Below are positions 1-12,230 of a DNA stretch of 64,000 bases, piece by piece (the stretch's first letter is position 1; the number at the start of each line of letters is the position of its first letter). The notes below the pieces were generated by a model, which made no database searches, had not been told where the DNA came from, and was given only the letters and a program-made list of their open reading frames with translations. The DNA comes from Octopus sinensis (taxonomy: Eukaryota), in contig NC_042997.1 in assembly GCF_006345805.1 (NCBI RefSeq), positions 95,728,001 through 95,792,000 of the forward strand. Direction: 5' to 3'. A program made the translations under genes and the position numbers.

Positions 1-56
1 ACAATCATCGATTGTCATCATGTGTTGTTGCGTGGAACATAAATACGCATATATAT

Positions 57-150
<94 letters not shown>

Positions 151-154
<4 letters not shown>

Positions 155-743
155 TAATAAAATATTAGGGAATAAATCCAAACTTACAGGGAAAATCAGA
201 TTTAGGATTGAATCCAATTTTATAGTATAATATTATCTTATATTAAATTAGAGATAAAACCACTATTAGGCAAATCATACAATGAAACACTTAAGCCAAT
301 ACATAAGATTAATTAATTTATATTATTTAAATATATATCAAAATTATTAAAAAAGATAATTAATATAACACTACGATCGTTTCATGGCTGTTCAATTCTT
401 CCTGGAGTAAGAACTATGAGATTCATGGCTAGGCATAGAGACGGGCACATGTGTGTTGAATATATAGATTTATATACACCCACATGGGGATGTTTTTATA
501 GATGAGCCCTGCTGTGGAGTATTGTTGCATATAATGAAGATATGTAAACCACCTGAAGAATGATTGTAACTCGAAAATTTTAAGAATTGAACAGCCATGA
601 AACGATCGTAGTGTTATATTAATTATCTTTTTTAATAATTTTGATATATATTTAAATAATATAAATTAATTAATCTTATGTATTGGCTTAAGTTTTTCAT
701 TGTATGATTTGCCTAATAGTGGTTTTATCTCTAATTTAATATA

Positions 744-745
<2 letters not shown>
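151..745. mobile_element. Penelope-like terminal-repeat (pLTR) fold-back, family D, between (TA)n/(CA)n tracts
   Basis: 241-400 is the near-perfect reverse complement of 582-741, with a 181-bp spacer. The right arm completes an HHR. 151-240 matches in reverse the element end at 61255-61340. Confidence 0.75.
549..614 (+). ncRNA. Minimal type-I hammerhead ribozyme
   Basis: CAC-CTGAAGA-ATGATTG..CAGCCAT (6 of 7 pairs)-GAAA-CGATCG-TA-GTG. Stem III palindrome ACGATCGT, GUA cleavage triplet, short 3-bp stem I. Confidence 0.75.
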
Positions 746-796
<51 letters not shown>

Positions 797-1149
797 TATG
801 TGTGTGTATATGTGTGTGTGTCTGTCTCTGTGCGTGTATATATATATATACACTAAATATAATTGTATATAAATTCATTAGTTACTATAGTTTTTAGTTT
901 CTTTTGCATATTCTTAGTTTATGCATGTGTATGCAAATATAGTATTGCTATATCCCATTTATGTTCATTAGAAATTAAATAAATAAAGAATTTTGACGTG
1001 TACGAATATTTATTCCCCACCCCCCACTGTACATATACACTATCACATATATGCATAATGCGTAGCTTGGCTTAATGCACAATGTTATGACTAAGTGAGA
1101 GAACATTTAACATGAAATGCAGAATCAAATAAATATATTTTGTACCATG

Positions 1150-1600
1150 AAAGGTGACAGTTTCTAATAACTTTTGCCCAGTTTCCACTTTTGAGTTTGT
1201 TGAAGTAAATGTATTTTAGCTTAGAATGTTCAGAATAGGTTAATTTGTCTGGCTACTTAATTTGTAGCTGTTGGGGATTATTAAAGAAGGGAAGAGATTG
1301 GTGTTTAGTTATTAGCTTCTTTCTCAATTTGTTATTTCCATGTAATCGGTTGTACGTCTGGCGTTTTCTAGCACTGTAAGTAATTTCTTATATCGCTTAG
1401 TATGAAAATTGTTTGATTTCCCTATTTTTATTTGTTTTTGAGTGGTTGGGTACCGGCCTATGTTTGCGTCAGTGTGACTTTCAGTATGTGTGCAGGAATA
1501 AGTTTTTATTTTGCATGAAAGAAATTAAATGGAATTTATTTTGCGGCGCCTTTCGAATGGTTCCTTGACAGAAGCTGTTAGATGTGATAATGTGAATATT
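1150..1600 (-). pseudogene. Degraded PLE (Naiad-like) GIY-YIG C-terminal remnant
   Basis: Reverse translation gives fragments HLISFMQNKNYSCT and YNRLHGNNKLRKKLI, resembling the H..SF....Y...T and YN....C.LC..EK..I motifs. Many stops. Confidence 0.3.
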
Positions 1601-2171
1601 TGAAAAGATTGAGTGGGAAACAAATAGGTAGAAAATACTTGAATAGAGAACAGTGGAAAAAAATAAGTGTATAGAAATACAGAAAGAAAATAATAAAAAC
1701 GTGTAAGCTGTGTTATGTTTTTATGACATAAAGATTTAAATAAGAATGTTAAGTTAAACGAAATTTAATTGAAGTTTATCCATTCAATTTATGTCAAAGC
1801 GTAAAAAATATTAAAAAAACACAGAGAAACAGACGTCCATATAACTATTACACACACACACACGCACGCACGTACACACAAGTTTGTATTGCCAATCCTT
1901 CAGGGCAAAGTAGGTTTGTAAACATTTACTTTAATTGAAATTCCGAAAAGCCTCTATTTCGATATTGTGAAAGACACATCTGATGATACATATCACAATT
2001 CTACATACACCGATATATAAATACATACATATATTTACATATACATTTCTGTGAGTCTGTGTGTGTGTATGCCTGTCTATGTCTGTGTATGTACATTATA
2101 TATATACACACACACACATATACATGTATATTATTACCTACATTCATACACACATACGCGCATATATATAC

Positions 2172-2258
<87 letters not shown>

Positions 2259-2394
2259 CATACATATATATATATATCTATATCTATATCTATATATATA
2301 ATAACATAAATAATATATAAACATATGCATATATACATACATATATGTACATACCTACATCTATATATATATACATGCATATATATATTGTTAT

Positions 2395-2925
2395 ATTTCG
2401 GAATGGTCATTTTGCCAGTTTAGCCAATAAAAACACACGCACTATATATTTGGTGCTACTTTGCTTCAGTGTTATTTATTTTTTACATTAATCTTAATCT
2501 TATTTCGGCCAGAGTTCTTTCGTCACACTCCTGTGACCGCATCAGTGGTCCTTTGTTTTCTTCTTTCTTATTTGTGTCTCTCCTTACTAACCGTCAGCCA
2601 TTTTGTATTTCTATTGCATGTCTTCATTTGCGCATGCTTATATTTCTATGTGCGTCTATGTTTATTTAGTGTGTGTGGGGGGGATGCAAATGTCATATGT
2701 GAAAACTATACACCATGTACTTTGGCTTCAGGCAAATTGATCCCAGGACTTATTCTTTGAAAGCCTAGTATTTTTTCAAAGGCCAGTCTTGTCACACTGA
2801 ATTACCCTGAGGACTATGTGACAAGTACACGTGTTCTGCCAAATAGACTTTAATTTCACGAGCTGTTTGCTCCGTTGATCGGACCAGCTGGAACCCACGT
2901 CGTCGTAATGGACCGAGTGCCAGAT
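2395..2925 (-). mobile_element. PLE 3' remnant with pLTR, family F
   Basis: EQTAREIKVYLAEH resembles GQT.R.L..RL.EH. It is followed by an HHR motif and a terminus shared with 36243-36390 and 39668-39746. Confidence 0.55.
2507..2551 (-). ncRNA. Hammerhead motif, damaged (A9C)
   Basis: CCA-CTGATGC-G-GTCAC-AGGAGT-GTGAC-GAAA-GAAC-TC-TGG. Confidence 0.55.
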
Positions 2926-2953
2926 TATATGTATGTACACACACACACACACA

Positions 2954-2984
<31 letters not shown>

Positions 2985-3043
2985 AATATATACACACATA
3001 TACATGTATATTATTACCTACATTCATACACACATACGCGCAT

Positions 3044-3083
<40 letters not shown>

Positions 3084-3148
3084 CCATACATATATATCTA
3101 TATCTATATCTATATATATAATAACATAAATAATATATAAACATATGC

Positions 3149-3185
<37 letters not shown>

Positions 3186-3355
3186 ATATATATATAACAT
3201 AAGGGGGATCAGCCATCTGAATGTGGCTAGGGTCAGGGCGGGGTGGTGGGGGTGTTACTGATGCATTTAGCAACGTCACCAGAAGAGCTGACACCATCTC
3301 GGTGTCCTTGCCAGCCTGCAAAGGGAGATCAGCCTCCCCGAAGATACGGATACTA

Positions 3356-3398
3356 CATACGGACCGGTTTCGAGGTTATTCCCTCTTGTCAACGTATG
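3356..3398 (-). ncRNA. Hammerhead ribozyme, U3:A8 core variant
   Basis: CATACG-TTGACAA-GAGG-GAATAA-CCTC-GAAA-CCGG-TC-CGTATG. 6-bp stem I, 4-bp stem II, ACCGGT palindrome, GUC triplet. Confidence 0.8.
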
Positions 3399-3713
3399 GT
3401 AAGCACCGCTCTTCGTTGAGGGACCTCCTCTACAGGCTGGATATATAGATTTTCCCAGTAACCACAGTCACTGGCGTAGAAAATCCGTTCGAAAACAATA
3501 ATAAATTTCTGAGCGAGATATAAACAGTAACTGCTCTATAACATAAGGGGGATCAGCCATCTGAATGTGGCTAGGGTCAGGGCGGGGTGGTGGGGGTGTT
3601 ACTGATGCATTTAGCCCCAGGCGAACATCAACGTCACCAGAAGAGCTGACACCATCTCGGTGTCCTTGCCAGCCTGCAAAGGGAGATTAGCCTCCCCGAA
3701 GATACGGATACTA

Positions 3714-3756
3714 CATACGGACCGGTTTCGAGGTTATTGCCTCTTGTCAACGCATG
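3714..3756 (-). ncRNA. Hammerhead ribozyme, U3:A8 core variant (second copy)
   Basis: CATGCG-TTGACAA-GAGG-CAATAA-CCTC-GAAA-CCGG-TC-CGTATG. The differences from copy 1 are one G.U wobble and one loop base. Confidence 0.8.
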
Positions 3757-3796
3757 GTAAGCACCGCTCTTCGTTGGGGGACCTCCTCTACAGGCT

Positions 3797-3851
<55 letters not shown>

Positions 3852-3884
3852 ATACACATGTACATATATATATATATACACATG

Positions 3885-3929
<45 letters not shown>

Positions 3930-3933
<4 letters not shown>

Positions 3934-4300
3934 GGTCCGTATACACATTATAACAAGGGCATCATTTTACCATCAGAACATACTTCACCTGTGCATCAGA
4001 AAACTTAATTTACGTGTTAACATGCGCAGGGTGCAATAGGCAATATATTGGCCATACAAAAAAACAGCCTACGAAAAAGGACGGCAGTACATAAATCCCA
4101 AATTAGGAATCCTGAATACAGGAAAATACCTGTCAGCGGCCACATAGACAGGTGTGCTTCAAATAAAAATCCCAAATTCACAACTTCCCCACTTTACCAA
4201 TTCAGTAACAACGTAACTTTCACTCAACGTCATAACAAAGGACTCCATTTCATTAGGAAATTCGGACCAAGATTAAACACCCTGGGCCAGGAACATTAAA
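3930..4300 (+). pseudogene. PLE GIY-YIG endonuclease fragment, 5'-truncated at (TA)n
   Basis: [25 protein letters not shown], then a +1 frameshift in an A7 run, then KNSLRKRTAVHKSQIRNPEYRKIPVSGHIDRC...FIRKFGPRLN. Confidence 0.85.
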
Positions 4301-4335
4301 ACCATATATTGGTTTTCCGAAAAGAAAAATGGATT

Positions 4336-4357
4336 CTACCACTACCACCACGATCAT

Positions 4358-4421
<64 letters not shown>

Positions 4422-4485
4422 GCTTCTACAACCACCATGGTCACTACTATTACTACTACGACCAACAGTCACTGCTACTACTGCT
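4336..4485. repeat. (TAC)n microsatellite
   Basis: Direct inspection; it is the source of the poly-T/L/V ORFs. Confidence 0.95.
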
Positions 4486-5436
4486 ATTTCGACCGCTGGT
4501 TATTTCCCCAATTACAGCCAACGAATCTAGTCAACAGACAAGACAGCCATTATGCCCCACACCCCACAAAACACCACCACCTGGTCTCTGTTGAGACTAG
4601 TAAGAAACAATTATGAACTTTTTCATTATATTTAGTTTTTTAAAATATTTTTCATATGGTTCGTTTTTTAAAGAAGAACCGAAACATGCAAAATTTCTAA
4701 GAAAATTAAAATTTATCTTATATAGTGGCGTTTTCAAACTTTTTTATAAATATACATATATGTATAGATATGTATATATATATACTATGTATTATATGCA
4801 GAGAATATTCTGCCTATCATTACTAATACACACGGACGTTCTTGACCAAATAGAAACAAGTTAAATATCCTTGAAAATATTCAATTTCCTCATTCATATT
4901 TATTACCAGAAAAAACTTAGTAGGTAACAGTTAAGTCGAACCTCGCCAAAGGTGGCATATACATGGATGAAATGCCTATCAATGTTCACTCAGCACTGAC
5001 TATGTTTAAAGCCCTTCATAAATACAAGTTTCAAATATTTTTCTGAAATCTCAATTTCTCTGGTGTCTTTTCGAATGCACACTCATAAACACACACATAA
5101 ACACACATACACACACGCACAAGCACACATACACGCACATGCACACAAACACATACTTTCTCTCTTTCTCTCTCTCTCTCTCGTTCTCTCCCTTGCCTTT
5201 CCAATATTTAGATATATTTCACACTATGATATACATTCTACTAATTACTCAAATAGATTTTCTAAACTAATGAAGGAAATGTATAACTTGTTCTCCGATT
5301 TCTCACTTACCAATCTGAAGTTCTATGCGTTAATTCTAGTTAAATCTAAATATATATTGAAAGGCAAGGCTGAAACCACAGTCTTTGATTCCTTGTAGTA
5401 AGGTTTCAACAAATAGAAACGCACTGGATCACACAG

Positions 5437-5486
<50 letters not shown>

Positions 5487-5498
5487 TCTCTCTCTCTC

Positions 5499-5538
<40 letters not shown>

Positions 5539-6277
5539 CAGCATATTTTTCCTTATACATCTCACTGTTGTTCATAACTAACTTGCCGCCACGTTTACGT
5601 ACTGTTTGTTATATATATTTCATTTCGAGGACCAAACGATTACATAATTCTTATACTCTACTTCTCGACTAAGTGTACTCATAGAAATGGACAGATTTAT
5701 AATTCAATAACGGAATTCCATGAAGGAATTAATTACGCCACATTATTTAGTGAGGCGTCAAGAAGGTTTTGAATTTTCGGATCGTGAAGTGAAAACTGCG
5801 TTTTAAGCACGCAGAATGCGTTTACATACGCTCATACACATATACTCACTGAGACACACACACACAGATATTCATGTATATGTCTTTATATATGTGCATA
5901 TGTACGCATATGTATATAAATGTATATCATCTGTATATGTATATGAATATATATACATATAAGTGCGTGTTTGTGTGTGCGCGTGTACGTGTGTGTAAAG
6001 AAAGATACTCTCATATAAGAGAAATAATCATGCTTTACCTGCTTATACGTGCACATGTTTTACTAATTTTGCTAAAGAGAAAGCTAACAGTAATTCTGAC
6101 GACTTAATGTAGCCTTATTCAATATATATACAAGTGTGTGTGTGTACGCGCGCGCGTGTGAGTATGTTCCCAGATGTATTGGAATGCTGCAATGCACTAA
6201 ATGATTGCGCACATTACCAAGTGTTCATACACACACGCACGCGCGCAATCAAACACGCACATGTACATACATTTATA

Positions 6278-6313
<36 letters not shown>

Positions 6314-6314
<1 letters not shown>

Positions 6315-6640
6315 CAATTGCAACGTGGAAGATGTTGGCAAGCCATTCAAGAACACAGAAGAAGCGTTGGTTTCACTTCAGCATTTAAATTTAATTTTTG
6401 TCCCAATATTTTCGTTGCTTTGAAATCGCGACCTTTTCACTGACAAAACATCGTGCAGCACAAAGTTATAGAACAACAAAAATATTGTGACAAAAATCAA
6501 ATTTAAATGTTGAAGTGAAACTATCTGCTTTTGTGTGTTTTTGAATGATTTACGAACATCTTCCACCCTGCATCTTTCACGCTGCAATTGTTTTTGTTTC
6601 AGCACACGATCTCAGATCAAGTCACTTGCAATGTAAGAAC
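6314..6640. mobile_element. Older imperfect fold-back (pLTR-like) containing a decayed HHR-like motif
   Basis: 6314-6417 is roughly the reverse complement of 6471-6590, with many mismatches. (TA)n flanks both sides. HHR-like topology at 6396-6448 on the - strand. Confidence 0.55.
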
Positions 6641-6648
6641 ATCGTGCC

Positions 6649-6705
<57 letters not shown>

Positions 6706-6709
6706 GTAT

Positions 6710-6960
6710 ATAATAGCACGTTTGTGGGTTCGTGAACTTGTTACTTTAATTCCTTGGAGACTATCCAACAGACCTTGATGAAACTTGACACGTGTGGGGG
6801 CGGCTTACACGCTTGGAATTTTTTTTTAATCGATTGTTAATCAGCAACGACTTTTTAAAAATCATAAAATTTCAACATCCTTCGCATTATCCGTCGTGAC
6901 ATCAATTTAACGAAAAATGCCGAAATTTGACGAAAAATGTGTCATGGGTATAAAGAGACA
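6710..6960 (+). mobile_element. Helentron-associated (HINE/DINE-1-like) remnant
   Basis: GTTTGTGGGTTCGTGAAC...CAGACCTTGATGAAACTTGACAC resembles the HINE core (recalled motif). Confidence 0.35.
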
Positions 6961-8064
6961 ACTTATTAACGGTAATCTATTTAGCAATTTCTAATACTTC
7001 ATTTCAAGGCCAATTGTTTTGATTTGCTAAAACTTATTATTTCAATTTGTTGTTTTAATTCCACAATGTTACAGGTTTCGATTAGGTAAGAGCATTTTTT
7101 TCTCAGGCAAAATTTAGGCATTTTGCGCACTAGCCGTTGTGACCTGCGGTAGGAAATGGAATTCCTCGCCCTAGGGTATTGTTACGCTGTTGAAAAACTG
7201 TTTTAGCATATGTTCTCTTCTATTGAGCCTGTTTTAAGCATCAATTTTAATATCCAGTGTAATGCTACCATCAAGCGTAATCCTGATGTTCCAACTAAAT
7301 ATTCTGCCAACAATTAGTTTCTAAATTCACTTCAACCCATACAAATCCCTCCTCACAATCTCCAAACTAAAACTCTCACACCCAGTATATTCTTTCAAAA
7401 TTTAGAAATACTAACAAGGTACAGTATTAGTATTCGAAATTTTGATTCGCTTTATGATCGAAGCTACTTTTAAGATGTGTTGTACCGAGGGACTAGCTGT
7501 TTTTCTTTCAAAGCATTTCCAATATCCCATTAGATCTACTAGTTTAGTTCAAGCCACTTCAGTATCCTTCAACATTTTCTTTTTCGTGAGCAGGAAAATC
7601 ACTAGCGGTTGCTGGAGTTGAACTTCCAAGTCCATTTTTCTCTCGTGGCACGCACTATGCGGTATACTAATATAATGAAATAAGTAGACAACTTTTCATC
7701 AGAATATGAATCAGCCTACAATATTAGAAATACTACTTACCACAGAGCTTGCACTGAATAAAACACGTCTGTTACAATTACTTCTGTTTTAGCTGTTTGT
7801 ATATAAATTTGGAGTTACAAGAAAATTAAGTATAAAGGAAAAATTTTTTAAGCTATAAAATTAAAATTAGAAACAGACGTTCTCAAAAGCTTATGACAAA
7901 AGGAAACATGAAAAAAAAATTAACTTTAGAAATGCATTTCAATTTCAAAGAAATGTGAGTTATTATATAAGATGCAGTCCGTAAAATGTTGGCATGACTT
8001 CAATTATTTTAAGTTAAATAAAATAAAATATAGAAAGTTTCATAATTATTTACCATACGGAAGG

Positions 8065-8275
8065 CAGCGAATAGGTACAAATGCTACAACGTTGGTGAGA
8101 AAAGGGCTTCGCAGCATTTTTTCCGATCTTTTTTACATACTCAGATCAAATCCCGATGAGGTCAACTTTGGCTATCATTCTTACTGGATCGATGAAATAG
8201 AACATCACTCAAGCGCTGAGGTTGATGTACACGACTATCATCCACCCCCAATTTTCAGGCCATGTGCCTACATTA
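8065..8275 (+). mobile_element. Degenerate SINE, family B
   Basis: CAAATCCCGATGAGGTCAACTTTGGCTATCATTC aligns to CAAATTCCGCCAAGGTCGACTTTGCCTTTCATCC at 18440. Confidence 0.65.
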
Positions 8276-9279
8276 GTAACAATATTCGCCACACATTAAA
8301 TACTCAGTTACAGACACGATTTGAATTCCTAGTGGAAATCTTGTGTATTATTTTAGTTGGTTACATGATTAGATTGACATGAATTCTGTGATATTATTTA
8401 CGTTTACCTTCGTGCCTGAGAAAGACATTAATATGTTAAAGTATTAGTGATTCATACAATGACTGTTACTTAGAAACGTTGTACATAAAATAACGTTACA
8501 TATGCTTTATGAATGCAACGCAGGATACAATACAATGCTTATTATTAATACCAAATTTTGTGTTGTTTAATCACGCAAATGCAAACAGGCAAAGTGTAGT
8601 TTATCGGAAGCTCTTTTAAAACAAACAATTGTGATAAAAGTAATGCGACAAAGAAGTATTTTCCTTATGATATGAAAAGAGATTAACATTTATGTAAACG
8701 GACAGACACCATATTAAAAGCTGAGGAGGCTTTATCTTAACTTGTGAAATACAGAATATATTAAAAAAATGCAGTGATGATTTCGCTTAGCAGAAAATAT
8801 AACAGATGCATGCACAAACTCGGATACACACACATGTATGCGTGTGTTTCTGAGTAGCTTATTTGATTGCTTTGTATATTAAGGCGAAACACTTCTTTAG
8901 CTTTGGCTAAGACCAGTAGTGCTCAATTTCCTTGAATGCAGAGAAGATAAAAGAAAAATGCATTTATCCATTATGTCTTGCAGTTTAGCTGTTGATAGTA
9001 ATTTAAGAAATGTTTCAAACATTTTAACTGATGAAATATGTCAAAAGATTTGGTCTAGAAGATGTGTAAGAAATTGAATTAGTGCTTACACGTCAGTCTT
9101 GTTGCTGAGATTCGAATGAAATATCATAAATCGTTATGGTAATTAAATTTTCAATGCGAAAGTATTAACAATATAAGACGCGAACAACAGTTCAAAGGAC
9201 AGAATCCGGAAGGAAATTTACAAAATCAACCGAACAGGAAAAGATTTACGAAAGCGTAAGCAAAATTATTACCAAACTG

Positions 9280-10900
9280 TTAGCTTTCAACCTTGTCTGT
9301 CCTGAAGACTTGATATATGATTTTTCAACTTGTTGGCTCAGTCTGCGACTTTTCTTTTCAGTCAAAAGTTATTAGGCACTTTATATAATGTAAACCGACA
9401 TGATTCTTTTCTTCAGACCCATAGGAGTTTTTCCCTGGTGTACCACAACATTTAGCTATGTTCGCTACCACCTTGTGTCTTATATTTTGTACATCTAAGG
9501 AAACACTTCTTTGCGTATATGACTTGCACTTGTCTTACACACAACTTGTATACGGGAGCTTCTCAACCCAACCTAACCTTTCAGTGATTTTATAAACAGA
9601 TGTATTAAAAATATTTCCCAAACGGTGCGTGGGTATTTTGTCTACAACAGCATATATGTACATTGTTTTATAGATATGAAGTGATTAAAAATCGTCATCA
9701 TCTTATCTACTTTAGAAAAATATCTAACCAAAGACATCAGTGATGCTACAAATGCTTGTCTCCTAACCTCTGAAGATCTGTCAGGAAAACCTGGCGTATA
9801 ACATTACTAATACTTGGTTTCCTAATCATAGCCTGAAAATTCTTTAGCATTTAACAGCTACTGACCGTTTAAGAAGTAACAGCTTATATTGTTAGTCACG
9901 TATCTTAGGCGCCGCTGCAAACGAGAAATATTAAATATTGATATATTCACCCATATATACTAGCACTATATCTCACTATCACGTGTCTCTTTGCAACATT
10001 TTGGTGCTCGAAGCATTACTCTAGACATTGAAAACACTGTTAATAGGTAATGGCCAGAAACTTGAAGCGAGACACAACAGAACAATATTATCATTGGAGA
10101 CCTAGATCAACATCATAGCGTGGAACCGATCTGAAATGAGGTTTGGCATACCATTCCAAAAGGAGTACACAATTTATAGCACTCATTAATGGGAAGGTTT
10201 GTAACACTATCCCTATATAGGTGAATCTATCCGGCTCGGATATTTGGAACACACGGCTCGCTGAATTTAGCTGGAGACACTCTAAAACCAGTTATCCAGG
10301 ATGAGAAAAACAGATTTTCAAGTGTCAGTCAGAAATTGGTTGAAAGGAAGCTCGCTTTGAAAATAGCATGGACAATTAAGAGTATTCCAAACATGCGGCC
10401 GTATGTAAAAGAAAGAACTTAGAAGATGCTCTTGTTAGTTTTCTTATCTTAAATTGTGAATTTAAAAGTTCCACTCAGAAATTGGCTGAAATAAATATCG
10501 CCTAGAAATACCAGATGGACGTGGCTATGATCTACTTAAGATCGATCATATACGATTGCCCGACTGTCGTGCCCTCTCTCAAGTCAAATCTGACTTGTTT
10601 GGTACCCTTTCGCATATTCAGAGATTTTCTAACGATGAAAACTGATGGTGATAAGAGTGCACAGCTATGGTTGGTTTTGTCCCTGTCACACGTCTTTCCA
10701 AACACATTTCTTTGAATTGCACTTTTGGCATCTAGGAACTTCATATTGTATCGAGATTTAATGAATAGTAAGTTTGTCGTTGACCTGAGAGTGCTCACGA
10801 ATAAGAAAACAGGTTTAAATCAACGAGGATGGGTCCTCTCTCTTCTCAGCTCCCTCATCCAGCCCACCAGCACGCACACATTGGATAATTTACTGAAATT
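9280..10900 (-). pseudogene. Heavily decayed RTE-like LINE reverse transcriptase remnant
   Basis: STTNLLFIKSRYNMKFLDAKSAIQRNVFGKTCDRD resembles STTDAIF..RQLQEKYL.K.K.LY.AFVDLEKAFDRV. YTSCV..SLDVQNIR lies about 1.1 kb downstream, at a plausible spacing. Confidence 0.35.
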
Positions 10901-12157
10901 CTACTGAAATTCTGGCTGTTCTACTAGCAACATAATCGTGTCCAGTGAAACCGTACAGGCAAACACCTGCACTTCGAAATGCGTGCACCACAATATAACT
11001 GCTCTGAAGACAATAATTCAGGCCTTGAGGGTTGCTGATATGTTAAGTGATAGCGAACATATGTCACCGCGTCTGTGATCTAAATGGTAACTAGCAAAGT
11101 CCATCGAGAATATCTTCTTCCTTCTGATGTGAAGTGCAACCAATACTTCTCTGACTATGATTGCGATTTTGAGAGTGCGAAAGGTCTGAAGACATACACC
11201 TTCCATTTTCTTTTCTCCCACCTATCATTAACTTTTTCAAGTTCCACTCAGAAAGGAAGGTTAGGATGTAGAAAACGTTATTCTCCTACCGTGAAATTAT
11301 CAACAGTTAGGTTAAAATAATGATTAAATCTCTCAGCATGTACGGGTAAGTCAAACAATAACAAAAGGAAAGGACATTTACTCTTGATAGTTAAGGGACA
11401 ACAGGATATGTAGTGTGGTTGTCTTACTTAATATAACATTTTGCATATTTTATGTTCCTATTCATTTTATATCAGTATAAATCTCTTTTATCTTTCTAAT
11501 CTTTATAATCTCTTCCGGATAAACTTTACAGGCATGGAAATGCCATGAGCCGGGTTTGCCTAAGTTCCGCGCAATGCCCAAGCATTAATGACTAATGCAC
11601 CACACCTGTTGCCACGTGTAGGATAGAACGAGCTCTCGACTAAGTCCGTGGTGAAGAGGGTTCCACCGCCTTCATTTGGCCGGGCAGAGCAGGCAGTGGT
11701 TCTTTGTCTTGTGACCTAAGCGAAAGAGGCTCTGTGACAGACTAGATTGAAAGAGCTGATGACAGATACTTCCCTCACTGGCCAAGCTCTCAATAACTTT
11801 TTCAAGTTTCAGTTGAAAGGGAAAATGATGGTAGGGGGGGGGAAGTGCTATCACCCAGAAATTTTGATAAAAGTGGGTGAATCATATAAGAATGGTCCAA
11901 GTAAACGAGCCTAATCTAAGGAGTTTGAAGAAGGACGATGTTTGAGGGGACTCTTGCCTAGTGGGCAGGGCAATCGCTGTTTTGTGAGGTCTCCACGAGA
12001 ATCCCTAGGGATTTTGTCACCTTTGGGGAATTGTTTGTTGCTCAAATATGTTTTGTTATCATTTTCAGTTTACATGTTTCATCTTATATAAAACCACATT
12101 GTATTGTCCTGTACCGTATCCAGTGCTTTGTGGTCCCTCATAGGTTTATAAAGAAAA

Positions 12158-12158
<1 letters not shown>

Positions 12159-12217
<59 letters not shown>

Positions 12218-12230
12218 CATTATTATTATT
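12159..12230. repeat. (ATT)n microsatellite
   Basis: Direct inspection. Confidence 0.95.

Larger units (their letters stand above)
3196..3802 (-). mobile_element. Tandem 1.7-mer of a 358-bp non-coding HHR-bearing unit (retrozyme-like)
   Basis: 3196-3447 is repeated at 3540-3805 with a 14-bp indel and a few substitutions. (TA)n lies on both sides. Confidence 0.75.

Noticed and set aside
4581-4612. 8-bp hairpin followed by GAAA after the GIY-YIG fragment, as an HHR
   Set aside because: No CUGANGA-like core upstream and no stem I or III pairing; at best a remnant.
7741-7792. Possible 52-nt - strand exon ending in GTAAGT (KTEVIVTDVFYSVQAL)
   Set aside because: The acceptor lacks a pyrimidine tract and there is no homology.
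7972-8382. 136-aa ORF as a gene
   Set aside because: Its core is a degenerate family B SINE.
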